A DNA stretch of 64,000 bases from Candidatus Peribacteria bacterium (lineage in GTDB: Bacteria; Patescibacteriota; Gracilibacteria; Peribacterales; Peribacteraceae). Position numbers and translations under genes: made by a program. Shown in pieces: positions 8,883 to 18,430 of the stretch (position 1 is the first letter of the stretch; each line of letters begins with the position of its first letter). Under the pieces are notes generated by a model. The model did no database searches. It was not told where the DNA came from and saw nothing but the letters and a program-made list of their open reading frames with translations. Location of the stretch: the NCBI GenBank assembly GCA_041691135.1, contig JBEPVF010000001.1:32001-96000 (forward strand). Direction: 5' to 3'.

Positions 8883-10754
8883 TCAGAACCAACACTTCAC
8901 GAGCAGCACGCGCAATGCATTGAAGATCACCACGACATCAATCACTTCCTGTAACAGTGCACCGACTACCGGCAGAATGAAGCCGAATGTGGCCAGCAGC
9001 ATCAGTACGATGCTCAAGCCGATGCCGATGAAGATACTTTGCTTGGCGATGGCTAGTACTTGATTGCCCAAGCACAGTGCTTCGCCCACGCGTTCGATCT
9101 GATCCACCATGATCACAATATCGCTGGCCTCGGCCGAGGCGGTAGAACCGTGTGCACCCATCGCAATTCCCACGTCCGCTGCGGCCAGGGCCGGCGCATC
9201 GTTCACGCCATCGCCCACCATCACGACCGGCGAGTATGTCTGCTTTAATCTTTGCACTTCTTCCACTTTTTGCTCAGGCAACGCTTCGGCCAGCACATCA
9301 TCGTCATTCAATCCGATCTCGCGCGCCACTCGCAATGCGGGTACTCGCTTGTCGCCGGTGAGCATCATTATTTTTTGAATATTGAGTCCGCGCATGCCGT
9401 GGAACAAATGCTTCACCTGACTGCGAACGTGATCGGCAAAACGAATGGCACCCAGCACACCTTGCTTTGTCGCCAGATAGACCGTCATCGCTCCTTCTGT
9501 TTCGGCGCGGTCGTGCTCCTGTTTTGTTTTGTCGTCGATGGGAATTCCTTCGGACTGCAAAAATTTCAAACTGCCGAAGCAGTATTCTTTGCCGTCGATC
9601 ATGCCGCGTACACCTTTGCCGAGGCTTTCGTGAAACTCATCCGGAAACGCCAGGTCGATCTTTTTGTCATGCGCATGCTCGACAATGGCTCGCGCCAGCA
9701 CGTGCGTCGATAGCTGATCCAGTGACGCTGCAATTCTGATGATATCCTCTGGTTTCTGATCACTGGCCTCTGATGCATGCACCATGACTTTTTCCACCGT
9801 CGGTACACCCAAGGTCAGCGTTCCCGTCTTATCGAATACTAAGCAGCGCGCGTCGCCAAGCTTTTCCAACACGCCGCCGTTCTTGACGATGATGCCGCGC
9901 TTGGCTGCCCGGCTGATGCCGGACGAGAAGGCAATCGGCGTCGCCAGGATAAGCGGGCACGGCGTCGCGACGACCAGGACGGCCAGAGCACGCACCGGAT
10001 CATGGCTCAACAGCCAGGCGCTGATGGCGAGAATAAAAGTGAGACTGGTGAACCATACGCTGTAGCGATCGGCTAACCGTACAAACGGCGCCTTTTTCGC
10101 TTCGGCTTCTTTGATCAGGCGAATGATCTGTTGGTACTTGCTTTCGTGACTCGTTTTGAGCGCCATGATCTCGAGCACACCGTCTTTGGACACGCTGCCG
10201 CTCATCACGTGCGCGTGTTTGAACTTTTCGACGAGCATCGCTTCGCCGGTAAGCGCGGATTCGTCCACCATTGCCGTCCCGCTCACCACTTCGCCGTCGA
10301 CCGGTATGGTCTCGCCCGGTTTGACCAACACGACATCACCCGGGTGCACATTCTCGGCCGCGATGTCGCGTACAGTTTCTCCTTCTTTCTTATGGGCGAT
10401 AGTTGGTGCGTTCGAAATCAATGCCGTCAGCTCTCGGCGTGCCCGTCCCAACGCGAACCATTCCAGTGCCTCTCCGCCCGATAACATCAGGAGAATCACC
10501 GTGCCGGCCAGGTACTGATGAAACAGCAGCGATGCGACGATGGCGACGATGGCAATCAGGTCCACACCGAAATGACGGTTCAGGAGGGATTTGAGGATAT
10601 CGAGCAGTAAGGGTGCAGCGCCCACGACCAGCGTGACGATCAAAATCGTGTCACTCATCTGAGGATTATGGCTTGCGTAAGCCAATCCAGATGCCCATAG
10701 TCCGGCAAGTACAAAAGCGGGGATGACGGTACGGATGGAGAAAGGAAAGTGCAT
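8883..10754 (-). CDS. Heavy-metal translocating P1B-type ATPase (P1B-5-like signature)
   Basis: LTGE, ATPCPL, FDKTGT, THVLA, GDGVNDAP; Qx4Gx3Sx3M and Px6QExxDx5N in the last two TM helices. Confidence 0.95.
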   Translation of the reverse strand: MHFPFSIRTVIPAFVLAGLWASGLAYASHNPQMSDTILIVTLVVGAAPLLLDILKSLLNRHFGVDLIAIVAIVASLLFHQYLAGTVILLMLSGGEALEWFALGRARRELTALISNAPTIAHKKEGETVRDIAAENVHPGDVVLVKPGETIPVDGEVVSGTAMVDESALTGEAMLVEKFKHAHVMSGSVSKDGVLEIMALKTSHESKYQQIIRLIKEAEAKKAPFVRLADRYSVWFTSLTFILAISAWLLSHDPVRALAVLVVATPCPLILATPIAFSSGISRAAKRGIIVKNGGVLEKLGDARCLVFDKTGTLTLGVPTVEKVMVHASEASDQKPEDIIRIAASLDQLSTHVLARAIVEHAHDKKIDLAFPDEFHESLGKGVRGMIDGKEYCFGSLKFLQSEGIPIDDKTKQEHDRAETEGAMTVYLATKQGVLGAIRFADHVRSQVKHLFHGMRGLNIQKIMMLTGDKRVPALRVAREIGLNDDDVLAEALPEQKVEEVQRLKQTYSPVVMVGDGVNDAPALAAADVGIAMGAHGSTASAEASDIVIMVDQIERVGEALCLGNQVLAIAKQSIFIGIGLSIVLMLLATFGFILPVVGALLQEVIDVVVIFNALRVLLVKCWF

Positions 10755-10836
10755 GAATAGAGGCTAAATGATTCCAGTGAACCATCATAGGCCGGAAGTG
10801 CTTGACCGGCTACTGCGGCGTTAGGAGAATGCAGGC

Positions 10837-11739
10837 ATGTCCCCCGTATTCCACATTGCGGCTTTCTACAAGTTTGTGCCGATTCCCTTGGAAGAGATTG
10901 CGAAGCGCCAATCTCAATTGCATGAATTTTTGATGAGTCATGATCTGCGGGGTCTGCTCCTGATCGCACCCGAAGGTATCAATGGGACGTGCGCCGGATC
11001 TACCGCAGGAATAGAGGCACTTAAAAAAATGCTCACCGAAACGTATGGCGACATCACCTTCAAAGACAGCTCTGCCGCCGCACAACCCTTTAAACGTTTG
11101 AAGGTGGATGTGCGTGAGGAAGTTGTGGCGATCGGAAATCCGTCTCTTGTGCCTGAGCAGGCCGATGATCATGTATCGCCTGCCGAGTGGGATCGGATAC
11201 TTGAAAACGAAGATGTGATCGTTCTCGACGTACGCAATACCTACGAGACGGAGATCGGCACATTTGCTTCGGCCATCGATCCTCAACTGTCGCAATTTCA
11301 GGAATTTCCATCCTACGTTGCCAAGTCGGATCTGCCGAAAGATAAAAAAGTGCTGATGTACTGCACGGGTGGCATCCGTTGCGAAAAAGCGGCCTTGGAA
11401 ATGCGCCGTCAGGGATATCAACATGTCTATCAGCTCGATGGCGGCATCTTGGGTTATCTGGCCGCGCGACCGCAGAGCAAATTTGTCGGGGAGTGTTTTG
11501 TGTTCGATCACCGTGTGTCGGTGAATCAGGAATTACTTCCGTCCGAGCGCTATGCATTGTGTCCGCACTGCGGCGATCCCGGTGATGTGACGATCGCATG
11601 CAGTCGCTGCCAGACCGAAAATAAAATATGTGGGCGATGCAACCGCGATGAAAATCGTCGGACCTGCAGCAAGGATTGTCGGCATCATGTTGAGCGCCAA
11701 ACACAGACGAAAAGTCAGCAAAGAGCTGCCGTCTCTTAA
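10837..11739 (+). CDS. trhO: Rhodanese-domain tRNA U34 hydroxylase (UPF0176)
   Basis: 'FYKF', 'APEGINGT', 'DVRNTYE', 'YCTGGIRCEKA', 'GECFVFD.R'; C-terminal Cys cluster. Confidence 0.9.
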   Translation: MSPVFHIAAFYKFVPIPLEEIAKRQSQLHEFLMSHDLRGLLLIAPEGINGTCAGSTAGIEALKKMLTETYGDITFKDSSAAAQPFKRLKVDVREEVVAIGNPSLVPEQADDHVSPAEWDRILENEDVIVLDVRNTYETEIGTFASAIDPQLSQFQEFPSYVAKSDLPKDKKVLMYCTGGIRCEKAALEMRRQGYQHVYQLDGGILGYLAARPQSKFVGECFVFDHRVSVNQELLPSERYALCPHCGDPGDVTIACSRCQTENKICGRCNRDENRRTCSKDCRHHVERQTQTKSQQRAAVS

Positions 11740-11885
11740 AGTATATTAAAAAATAATTATAATATTAGTTCAATACGATGATGAACAAGATCCGAACTCA
11801 TGAGGGCGTGTTTGTTTGTAGTGCAAGCCGACAACGCGCTTCAGATACTTTCGGTGGCCGACCCTTGCCTGGGTAAGGTGTACAC

Positions 11886-12251
11886 GTGTACACTAACGGC
11901 ATGTTCACCTCGATGACCGATTTGGCCCTCCAGAATCAGCGATCCAGGATCGTCATCGATTGGTCGGACTTGTGTACTGATGATCGCTCGGACACCGGTG
12001 GAACTGAGGTGGACGAGATGCTCCAGTGGGTGCACACGTACCCGCGGCGTTCGGACATCCATGTCTACCTCCAGAGTCCCAAGCGAACGGAGGCAGGACG
12101 TCGTCTCAAGAACACGCTGCAGGCACTGGGATGCACGGTGACCGTCAAGCTTGCCTCATCTGTTCGTCAACGTGCTCTGGAAGGGACGCGCGCAGCACTG
12201 AGTCTTCCGTCTCCTGCGTTTCTGAATGATTTTGTCGGAGCATGCGCATAG
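11886..12251 (+). CDS. Hypothetical protein (start uncertain: 11886, 11901 or 11913)
   Basis: Best ORF in a ~700 bp gap, followed by a hairpin near 12306-12337. Confidence 0.5.
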   Translation: MYTNGMFTSMTDLALQNQRSRIVIDWSDLCTDDRSDTGGTEVDEMLQWVHTYPRRSDIHVYLQSPKRTEAGRRLKNTLQALGCTVTVKLASSVRQRALEGTRAALSLPSPAFLNDFVGACA

Positions 12252-12460
12252 GAGACACTTACATTGTTATGATCTGAAGGAAAACGGAGAATGGAAACAC
12301 AGAGCGGAGAAAAGGCGCGGCGGAACGCGTCTTTTCTAATAGGCGGTTGGAACATTTTTGTTGAAAATCATTACAAATAACTTGCATTCGCTGACGGTAA
12401 CGCAAAGCGATCTTTGTACGATATGCATTCGAACGCCAGTTTTCGATTATACTAACGTGT

Positions 12461-13663
12461 ATGCGCTGGCGGTCACTCTTTCCGCTCATGTTTCTTGCGG
12501 CAATTGTTCATCTGAACACGGCACACGCCGCCTCGCTTTCGTTGGCGGATGTGCGTCCGTCAAACCTTGCGTACGGTGCGATTACCTATGTGGTGGGCCA
12601 TAATATTATGGAGGCGGACAAGGACCAGAAGTTTCATCCCGACCGCCTGCTCAATCGGGCGGAATTCATAAAAACAGTGGTTAGCGCATCGGCGTCGGCC
12701 GCACAGGTCGATGATTGCCGTTTCCCCAAAAAGCGGCCGTATGCCGATGTTCCGTCTGGACTGTGGTTCGGACCGGCTCTATGTGTGGCCTATCAACATG
12801 GTTGGGTGGTGAGCAACAGCGGTAAATTCCGACCTGCCGATACGATATCAAGAGCAGAGGCAGCCAAGATATTGGCGCAGGCTTTTGGCCTGCATTTGCC
12901 TGATCCAAAAAAAGGAGATGCCTGGTATGTTCCGGCCATTACGGCTCTCACGAATGCTCATGCGCTCACCGTTTCCGTGCCGCCCACCACATCTATGACG
13001 CGCGCCAATCTGGCGCAGATCATCTGGCGCCTCCGGGTCCCTCCGCCTGTTCCCAAGGCGCCGATTGCCAAAAAAAAAGCGGCGAACATAAGTGTAAAAG
13101 TTGTCACGGCGGCGATGAAATGCGACGGGTTTACGGATGAAAACATTCCGCAGGTGGATCTGGCGGAGGTACGCCGCGTGTGGCTGTCGTGGATCAACGA
13201 TGCGCGCGCCGATCAGGAATTGTCCGCCTATCAGTACGAATCACAACTCAATCGTACTGCGACGACCTGGTCGCGTGAGGCCAAGGAGCGCGGCTCCATC
13301 ACCCACAAGCGGCCGGGACAAACTGCTTACTACGATTACACACTGATGGCCAAGTGGTTTGAGAATCTCGGTCTGGAATTCAAGAACGTGAAGGGCATGA
13401 CCTTTACGGAGAATATCGGTTGGGGATACTACAAATGCGGCGGCGCCGATGATTGTACGCAAGCGCTCATTGATGGAGTACGCTCAACGTTTGATATGTA
13501 TATGGCCGAGAAGCCCAAATCGTACCGACCGCATTACAACAGCATCATGAATCCGGAGTTCAAGCTCATTGGCATGGGCGTGGCAGTGGACAATGGAAAG
13601 TACTACGTGACCACTCATTACGGCACCGAAATTACATCGCAGCCACCACCGGTATGTCAGTAA
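12461..13663 (+). CDS. S-layer homology (SLH) plus CAP/SCP domain secreted protein
   Basis: Signal peptide; SLH motifs 'FHPDRLLNRAEF', 'FRPADTISRAEA', 'MTRANLA'; CAP-like 'INDARA...ENIG...HYNSIMNPEFKLIGMGV'. Confidence 0.88.
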   Translation: MRWRSLFPLMFLAAIVHLNTAHAASLSLADVRPSNLAYGAITYVVGHNIMEADKDQKFHPDRLLNRAEFIKTVVSASASAAQVDDCRFPKKRPYADVPSGLWFGPALCVAYQHGWVVSNSGKFRPADTISRAEAAKILAQAFGLHLPDPKKGDAWYVPAITALTNAHALTVSVPPTTSMTRANLAQIIWRLRVPPPVPKAPIAKKKAANISVKVVTAAMKCDGFTDENIPQVDLAEVRRVWLSWINDARADQELSAYQYESQLNRTATTWSREAKERGSITHKRPGQTAYYDYTLMAKWFENLGLEFKNVKGMTFTENIGWGYYKCGGADDCTQALIDGVRSTFDMYMAEKPKSYRPHYNSIMNPEFKLIGMGVAVDNGKYYVTTHYGTEITSQPPPVCQ

Positions 13664-13716
13664 TTTGCAGGATTCGCCAGTCTGTTCTAGGCTAAGAGCA
13701 CCTTCCTCCGGTTTCT

Positions 13717-14121
13717 ATGCAGTGGCAGGAAAAAGTTCACGCGCCTAAACCGACGATTCGCCATGGTCTGCTGTCGCTCGTTTCTTCGATATTCAGCTTA
13801 CTGGGGATGACATTGTTTCTCATATTGCTCTTGTACCAGCTCAAAACGTGGCTCGAAACTGGTTTCTGGCCGTCGTTGCCGGTTCGGATTCTGTTGGTGG
13901 ATGTGCTGCATCTGTCGGCTATCACGGATTATACGTCGTGGTACAACGCGCCGACCAAATGGTTCGGTTTGCATACGATGGCCAAAGCCTTCGTCGAAGA
14001 CCTGCCGCTATCTATTTTCTTTTTGGTGCTCGGTAAACTCATTGCCATCTTGGTCGATGGCATTGCCCATTTTATTCCACAATCAAGAAACAAAGTGATT
14101 ACGATGGCGAACTTTAAATAA
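13717..14121 (+). CDS. Hypothetical membrane protein
   Basis: Two hydrophobic segments in a 134-aa ORF. Confidence 0.7.
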   Translation: MQWQEKVHAPKPTIRHGLLSLVSSIFSLLGMTLFLILLLYQLKTWLETGFWPSLPVRILLVDVLHLSAITDYTSWYNAPTKWFGLHTMAKAFVEDLPLSIFFLVLGKLIAILVDGIAHFIPQSRNKVITMANFK

Positions 14122-14165
14122 CCGCCGAAGCATTCGTAGGACATTATTCTTTGTAGTGAAGTGAT

Positions 14166-15191
14166 TTATTCTCCAGCGAGCGGATGCATCTGTTTGCGAA
14201 CAACAATCCAGAGTACAGCCGTGCTGAGGATAATCACCACCCACAGACCAGGGCCGCTATTGGCGGTGCTGGGTGTGTGCTGAATTTGTGACGCACCTGC
14301 ATGTAAGGCATCGCGCTTTAGGGATCCATCGGGATTGAAGGCGTCGGGGATCGGTTGACCGTTGGCATCGAAAGGATGTGTGTAATTGCTGCCGACCACA
14401 TAGGGGTTTTGCGGCAGAGCGGTACCGACGTTATTTTCTTCGGCCGATGCAGCGGGAACGGCATTCACGGGCTGCTCGGGAGCCGATGGGAGAAGACCGG
14501 ACGCAGTATCCGATGGCGGCGTCTGATCGAAGAGGGAAGGATCAGACGACACAGAGTCGTTGATGGAATCAGTTATATCTGTTGCAAACGAAACAGGATG
14601 AACAGTTTCCGCTGGTTGAGTATCGCTTGTTGGTTGCGAAACCGGTTGTCCGTTACCCTGAATATTGATCGTTCCGGCCAAGCCAGAATTGGTGGTCGAA
14701 GCGTACGTGTATGTTCCGGGAATTTGCGCGGCTGATAATGTCACACTTTGCGTGGCGCCCGGAAAAATAGCCGGAGTGCTCATCGGCGTGCCATCGGCTA
14801 CGAACAGCGTCTGTGATTCCAGCAGCTGTGGAATATCCGTGTCATTCCGGAAGGTGATGATTTGTCCAGGTTGGGCGGTAATACTTGCCGGGTCCACGCC
14901 AGTCTTTGTCAGGGCAATGGTGAGATCCTGCGGTGCAGTAGTGGCTGGGGGAGTCGTGACATTGATCTGGGCACGCATGCCGTTGATCTGTTGGTAAATA
15001 TCGTCCCAGCCATTCGAGTAGGTGATGCCGAGTACGACGGCAATCACGATGCCGATGGCGGCTGCCGGACGGCGGGACATATGTCCCGTGGCAATCGGAA
15101 TCGACATGTGTGACGAGTGTGACGGCGTGACAACCGCAGAGAGCGGAGCATCATCATCGCCGGTGGCATCCCAGTGCGGATGGAGATCCAT
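14166..15191 (-). CDS. Surface protein with a cupredoxin-like fold and C-terminal sorting-like signal
   Basis: ATG 15191 directly after the upstream stop; N-terminal TM; 'GVDPASITAQPGQIITFRN...PGTYTY...LAGTINI' (cupredoxin-like, no Cu ligands); tail TANSGP-TM-RKQ. Confidence 0.75.
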   Translation of the reverse strand: MDLHPHWDATGDDDAPLSAVVTPSHSSHMSIPIATGHMSRRPAAAIGIVIAVVLGITYSNGWDDIYQQINGMRAQINVTTPPATTAPQDLTIALTKTGVDPASITAQPGQIITFRNDTDIPQLLESQTLFVADGTPMSTPAIFPGATQSVTLSAAQIPGTYTYASTTNSGLAGTINIQGNGQPVSQPTSDTQPAETVHPVSFATDITDSINDSVSSDPSLFDQTPPSDTASGLLPSAPEQPVNAVPAASAEENNVGTALPQNPYVVGSNYTHPFDANGQPIPDAFNPDGSLKRDALHAGASQIQHTPSTANSGPGLWVVIILSTAVLWIVVRKQMHPLAGE

Positions 15192-15192
15192 A

Positions 15193-16395
15193 TTAATGTG
15201 CGGATGAAGAGAGCTGCCGGCGGAACGCGAACAGGGTACCGATGCCTGCCGATGCAATCAGCAACAGAACGAACAGAGAGGGGAGTCCTGACTGTCCAGG
15301 CACGCCACTCGTGCCAATGGTTTTTCCTGTGAGCGGATTCTTACCGGTGCTGCCCGGAATTTTCCCCAACATGGGCGATGTGGACGTGGCCGGACTTCCG
15401 ACCTTCACGCCGACTTCCTGACTGAAGGCGCTCTCCTGATTGCTCTGATTCACGCCACGGACGGCCAGGTAGTACACCGTGTCCAGCGGCAAACCGCGCA
15501 ATGCCAGCGAGGTGATATCGGTTCCCACGCTCTTGCGTTGCAGATATTCGCCGGACTTCGTGCCGTAATAGACATTGTAACCTTGCAGCTCCGATGAACG
15601 GAGAGGATCCCATGCCACATAGATGGCGCTTCCTTCGGTCGTCACCGTCACGTGCTGCACTTGTAACAGGGTGAACGAACTTTGGACCGGAGCAGTGTCC
15701 GGTTGCTGGATGGTTGCCGGAGCAGAGCTGGCTTGCGTGCTGGCTTCTGAAGCATTGCTGCTGGTTGTAGCAGTGGCGCCGGTTGTTTGCAGGTACACGT
15801 GGAGTGAACTCTGTTGGGGTGCCAGCAAGTTCTGTTCGGTGGCTGCGTTTCCTGTCGTTACGTATGTATGTCCGTCCGTTCCCGACTTCACATCGAACAA
15901 ACTCAGTACGGTTGATCCGCCGCCGGGAACACTTTTGACGTGCAGCGTGATGCGGGCGATAGGCACAACGAAGCCTGATACGGGCTGCGTGGTGTTCATC
16001 GCTTGAATCTTAATGTAGCCGTCCTGTGCCGACACATCCGCTTCGCCTGGCGTAGTAACCGGGAACGATGGGGAGACGGTAACGGTATTACCATCAAGTA
16101 CACCCGAGTCGTAAGCGACCCAAGCGCGCACATGTTGTATCGGCGTGCCTGATGTATTGATGTATACCAGATCCATGTCGAGCGTATCACCGGTATGCAA
16201 AGGAGGAGTCTGAAGCGTGTGCGGATCTTCTACCAAATACTGCGGACATTGTTCCTGATCCTGCAATTCGCAGTGCGGGCGCAGCAGCAATTGTCCATCG
16301 GCATCGGCGGCGATGCTTACGTTGGGCAGGAATGAGCAGAGCATGCTGATCATCACAAGTAATACATTCCAACGATTGAATGAAGATGTTTTCAT
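15193..16395 (-). CDS. Cohesin-like plus fibronectin type III surface protein with C-terminal anchor
   Basis: Signal peptide; 'GDTLDMDL...VRAWVAYDSGVL...IARITLHVK' cohesin-like; 'VAWDP...LQGYNVYYG...GLPLDTVYYLAVRGVN...ESAFS' FN3; tail VPGQSG-TM-RRQ. Confidence 0.8.
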   Translation of the reverse strand: MKTSSFNRWNVLLVMISMLCSFLPNVSIAADADGQLLLRPHCELQDQEQCPQYLVEDPHTLQTPPLHTGDTLDMDLVYINTSGTPIQHVRAWVAYDSGVLDGNTVTVSPSFPVTTPGEADVSAQDGYIKIQAMNTTQPVSGFVVPIARITLHVKSVPGGGSTVLSLFDVKSGTDGHTYVTTGNAATEQNLLAPQQSSLHVYLQTTGATATTSSNASEASTQASSAPATIQQPDTAPVQSSFTLLQVQHVTVTTEGSAIYVAWDPLRSSELQGYNVYYGTKSGEYLQRKSVGTDITSLALRGLPLDTVYYLAVRGVNQSNQESAFSQEVGVKVGSPATSTSPMLGKIPGSTGKNPLTGKTIGTSGVPGQSGLPSLFVLLLIASAGIGTLFAFRRQLSSSAH

Positions 16396-16727
16396 TGGCG
16401 GGGGGTGAGGGAGGCGAGAAGCCACAGCGCATCGCGCAGAGTAAGTTCGTGGTCCCCATCAAGGTCGGTGATTTTCCACTGCGTGGCCGCCGCATCATCC
16501 TGTCCGAGTACGGAAAGGAGCGATAATATACTTTCGCGATCAATGGCGGGTTTGGAATTCATATTGCTTGTATCGGCAGGAGTACGTGCGCTTGCCGAAC
16601 CGGGCACGAGAGCGTCCAGGGTATCCGGCGTATACAGACCCGCGGCAAAAGAACTGACAATCGATAGAATGCCGATGACCGACAGGCTCAGAAATATACG
16701 AAACTTGGGATGTATGTGTATGCGCAT
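16392..16727 (-). CDS. Small dockerin/EF-hand-like membrane-anchored protein
   Basis: N-terminal TM; 'TDLDGDHELTLRDALWLL' dockerin-type Ca-loop and helix; ATGA overlap with the cohesin gene. Confidence 0.7.
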   Translation of the reverse strand: MRIHIHPKFRIFLSLSVIGILSIVSSFAAGLYTPDTLDALVPGSASARTPADTSNMNSKPAIDRESILSLLSVLGQDDAAATQWKITDLDGDHELTLRDALWLLASLTPRQ

Positions 16728-16865
16728 TTCCTCTTATTATAGCCGTTTTTACGGTTTCCCTCAATCGTGTGGAAGTTGACCTAAGTATTAATATATGTCG
16801 TAAATTATAATAAGAATCTTCCAATCCGTCTCCACCGAATGCATTGAATAGGGCAGTATACGTAT

Positions 16866-17834
16866 ATGGCTGCTTTATACTTCTTTACCGGCGAAAATGA
16901 GTACGTTCTGCGGCTCGAGAAACACAAATGGATGCAGGAATTCATTCAAAAGCACGGAGCCGATAATTTGCTTCTCTTAGATGGTGCCACCCTCGTATTC
17001 CGGGCCCTCCTCGACGAAGTCTCCGTCGCTCCTTTTATCGCGGCGAAGCGACTGGTGATCATTAACGGCATGCCGAAGTTTTCGAAAGAAGAAATAGAAT
17101 CACTCGAGCGTGATATGCATGAGGATACGATTCTTGTTATCAGTGATCCCAAACCCGACAAGCGCCTGGCCGGTACCAAATCTCTGCTTGCGACGGCGAC
17201 GGTCAAAGAGTTTCCGGTACTCAGCGGGAATGCATTGCAGTCATGGGTGCAGTCGCAGATCACAGCCGGCGGCAAAGCAATAGATCCGGCGGCTCTTACG
17301 CTGCTCCTTCTCCGTGTTGGTGATAATCAGGACATGCTGTATCAGGAAGTGGCGAAGCTCACGCTCGGTGTCGTCGCTGAACGGATTACTGCAAGGGATG
17401 TTGAGCGGCTCACGCTGGCGTCGGCGGAACAGGAAGTATGGACACTCACAAATTTACTCGCCGGCGGAAAACGCGAAGAAGCATTGGTCTTTGCTTCCTC
17501 GCTGCTTGATCGCGGGGAAGACGCCTTTTCGGTCTGGGCCATTCTGCTCTGGATGCTCAAAAATCTGGTGGCCACCGTCGCAGCCGTGGACGAAGGAAAA
17601 CGTAATCCGGCAGTTATTGCCAGCGAGTATGGCGTGCCGTTCCCCTCGGCAAAGACATTATTGCCGTGCGCGCAGGGTATCCGGATCGCATCACTCGGAA
17701 CATTCGTCGCCTGGGCCGCCGAAACGGACATCGCCCTCAAAACGGGAGGCTATCGTGCCACGCAGGAATTTCCGCAAGAAGTGAGAGCGTTGATTGATCG
17801 GTTTGTGATCGGATTTTCGACACTCGTTCACTGA
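16866..17834 (+). CDS. holA: DNA polymerase III delta subunit
   Basis: 'YFFTGENEY', 'PFIAAKRLVII', 'QEVAKL', 'DIALKTG'; 322 aa. Confidence 0.9.
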   Translation: MAALYFFTGENEYVLRLEKHKWMQEFIQKHGADNLLLLDGATLVFRALLDEVSVAPFIAAKRLVIINGMPKFSKEEIESLERDMHEDTILVISDPKPDKRLAGTKSLLATATVKEFPVLSGNALQSWVQSQITAGGKAIDPAALTLLLLRVGDNQDMLYQEVAKLTLGVVAERITARDVERLTLASAEQEVWTLTNLLAGGKREEALVFASSLLDRGEDAFSVWAILLWMLKNLVATVAAVDEGKRNPAVIASEYGVPFPSAKTLLPCAQGIRIASLGTFVAWAAETDIALKTGGYRATQEFPQEVRALIDRFVIGFSTLVH

Positions 17835-17938
17835 AGACGAAGCACTAAGGGCCAAACAAAAACCAAATACAAAAAGAAAACGTTTCGTTTTTGAAGAAGT
17901 ATTCTTCGTACTTTCCTGTCTCTTGGTTTTTCGAGTTT

Positions 17939-18316
17939 TTATGCCGACTGAATTTTCTCCAGAATCGCATCTGCACTATCATCTCCCTGATCCGACAGTT
18001 CCTGCTTCTTTAATTCTTCACGTCGCTGCCGGCGGTCTTCGGCAGTCTGAGGATTCGGTTGGGCTATCTGCTCGATCTGTTTGGAGTATTTGTCATCGAT
18101 CGCCGCAAGTTGGTGCTTCTCGTTTTCCAAAATTTCCTTCAGGTTCTGAATCTGATCAGGAGTCATCACCGGCAGGATGTTGATCCAGTACTGCCGTTCC
18201 TCATTATTCATGCTCTCGGATTGCTTAATCAATTCGATGAGATCGCCATGCTGAGCTTGAACGTCAGCTGGAATGGTAAGTCCGCTCTGGCCAGTGCTTG
18301 TCGTATTGTCCGTCAT
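17939..18316 (-). CDS. Hypothetical helical protein
   Basis: ATG 18316; 'LIELIKQSESMNNEERQYWINILPVMT' followed by a coiled coil. Confidence 0.75.
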   Translation of the reverse strand: MTDNTTSTGQSGLTIPADVQAQHGDLIELIKQSESMNNEERQYWINILPVMTPDQIQNLKEILENEKHQLAAIDDKYSKQIEQIAQPNPQTAEDRRQRREELKKQELSDQGDDSADAILEKIQSA

Positions 18317-18430
18317 CAGACAAAGATTACGGCGAATGAGTGAAAAGTGCAAAAAAGCCGGACGCTATCTCTGGACGATCATTAAACGCTCAATCGTTTG
18401 AATCGGCCGAAGACATCTGGATTTCGGTTG

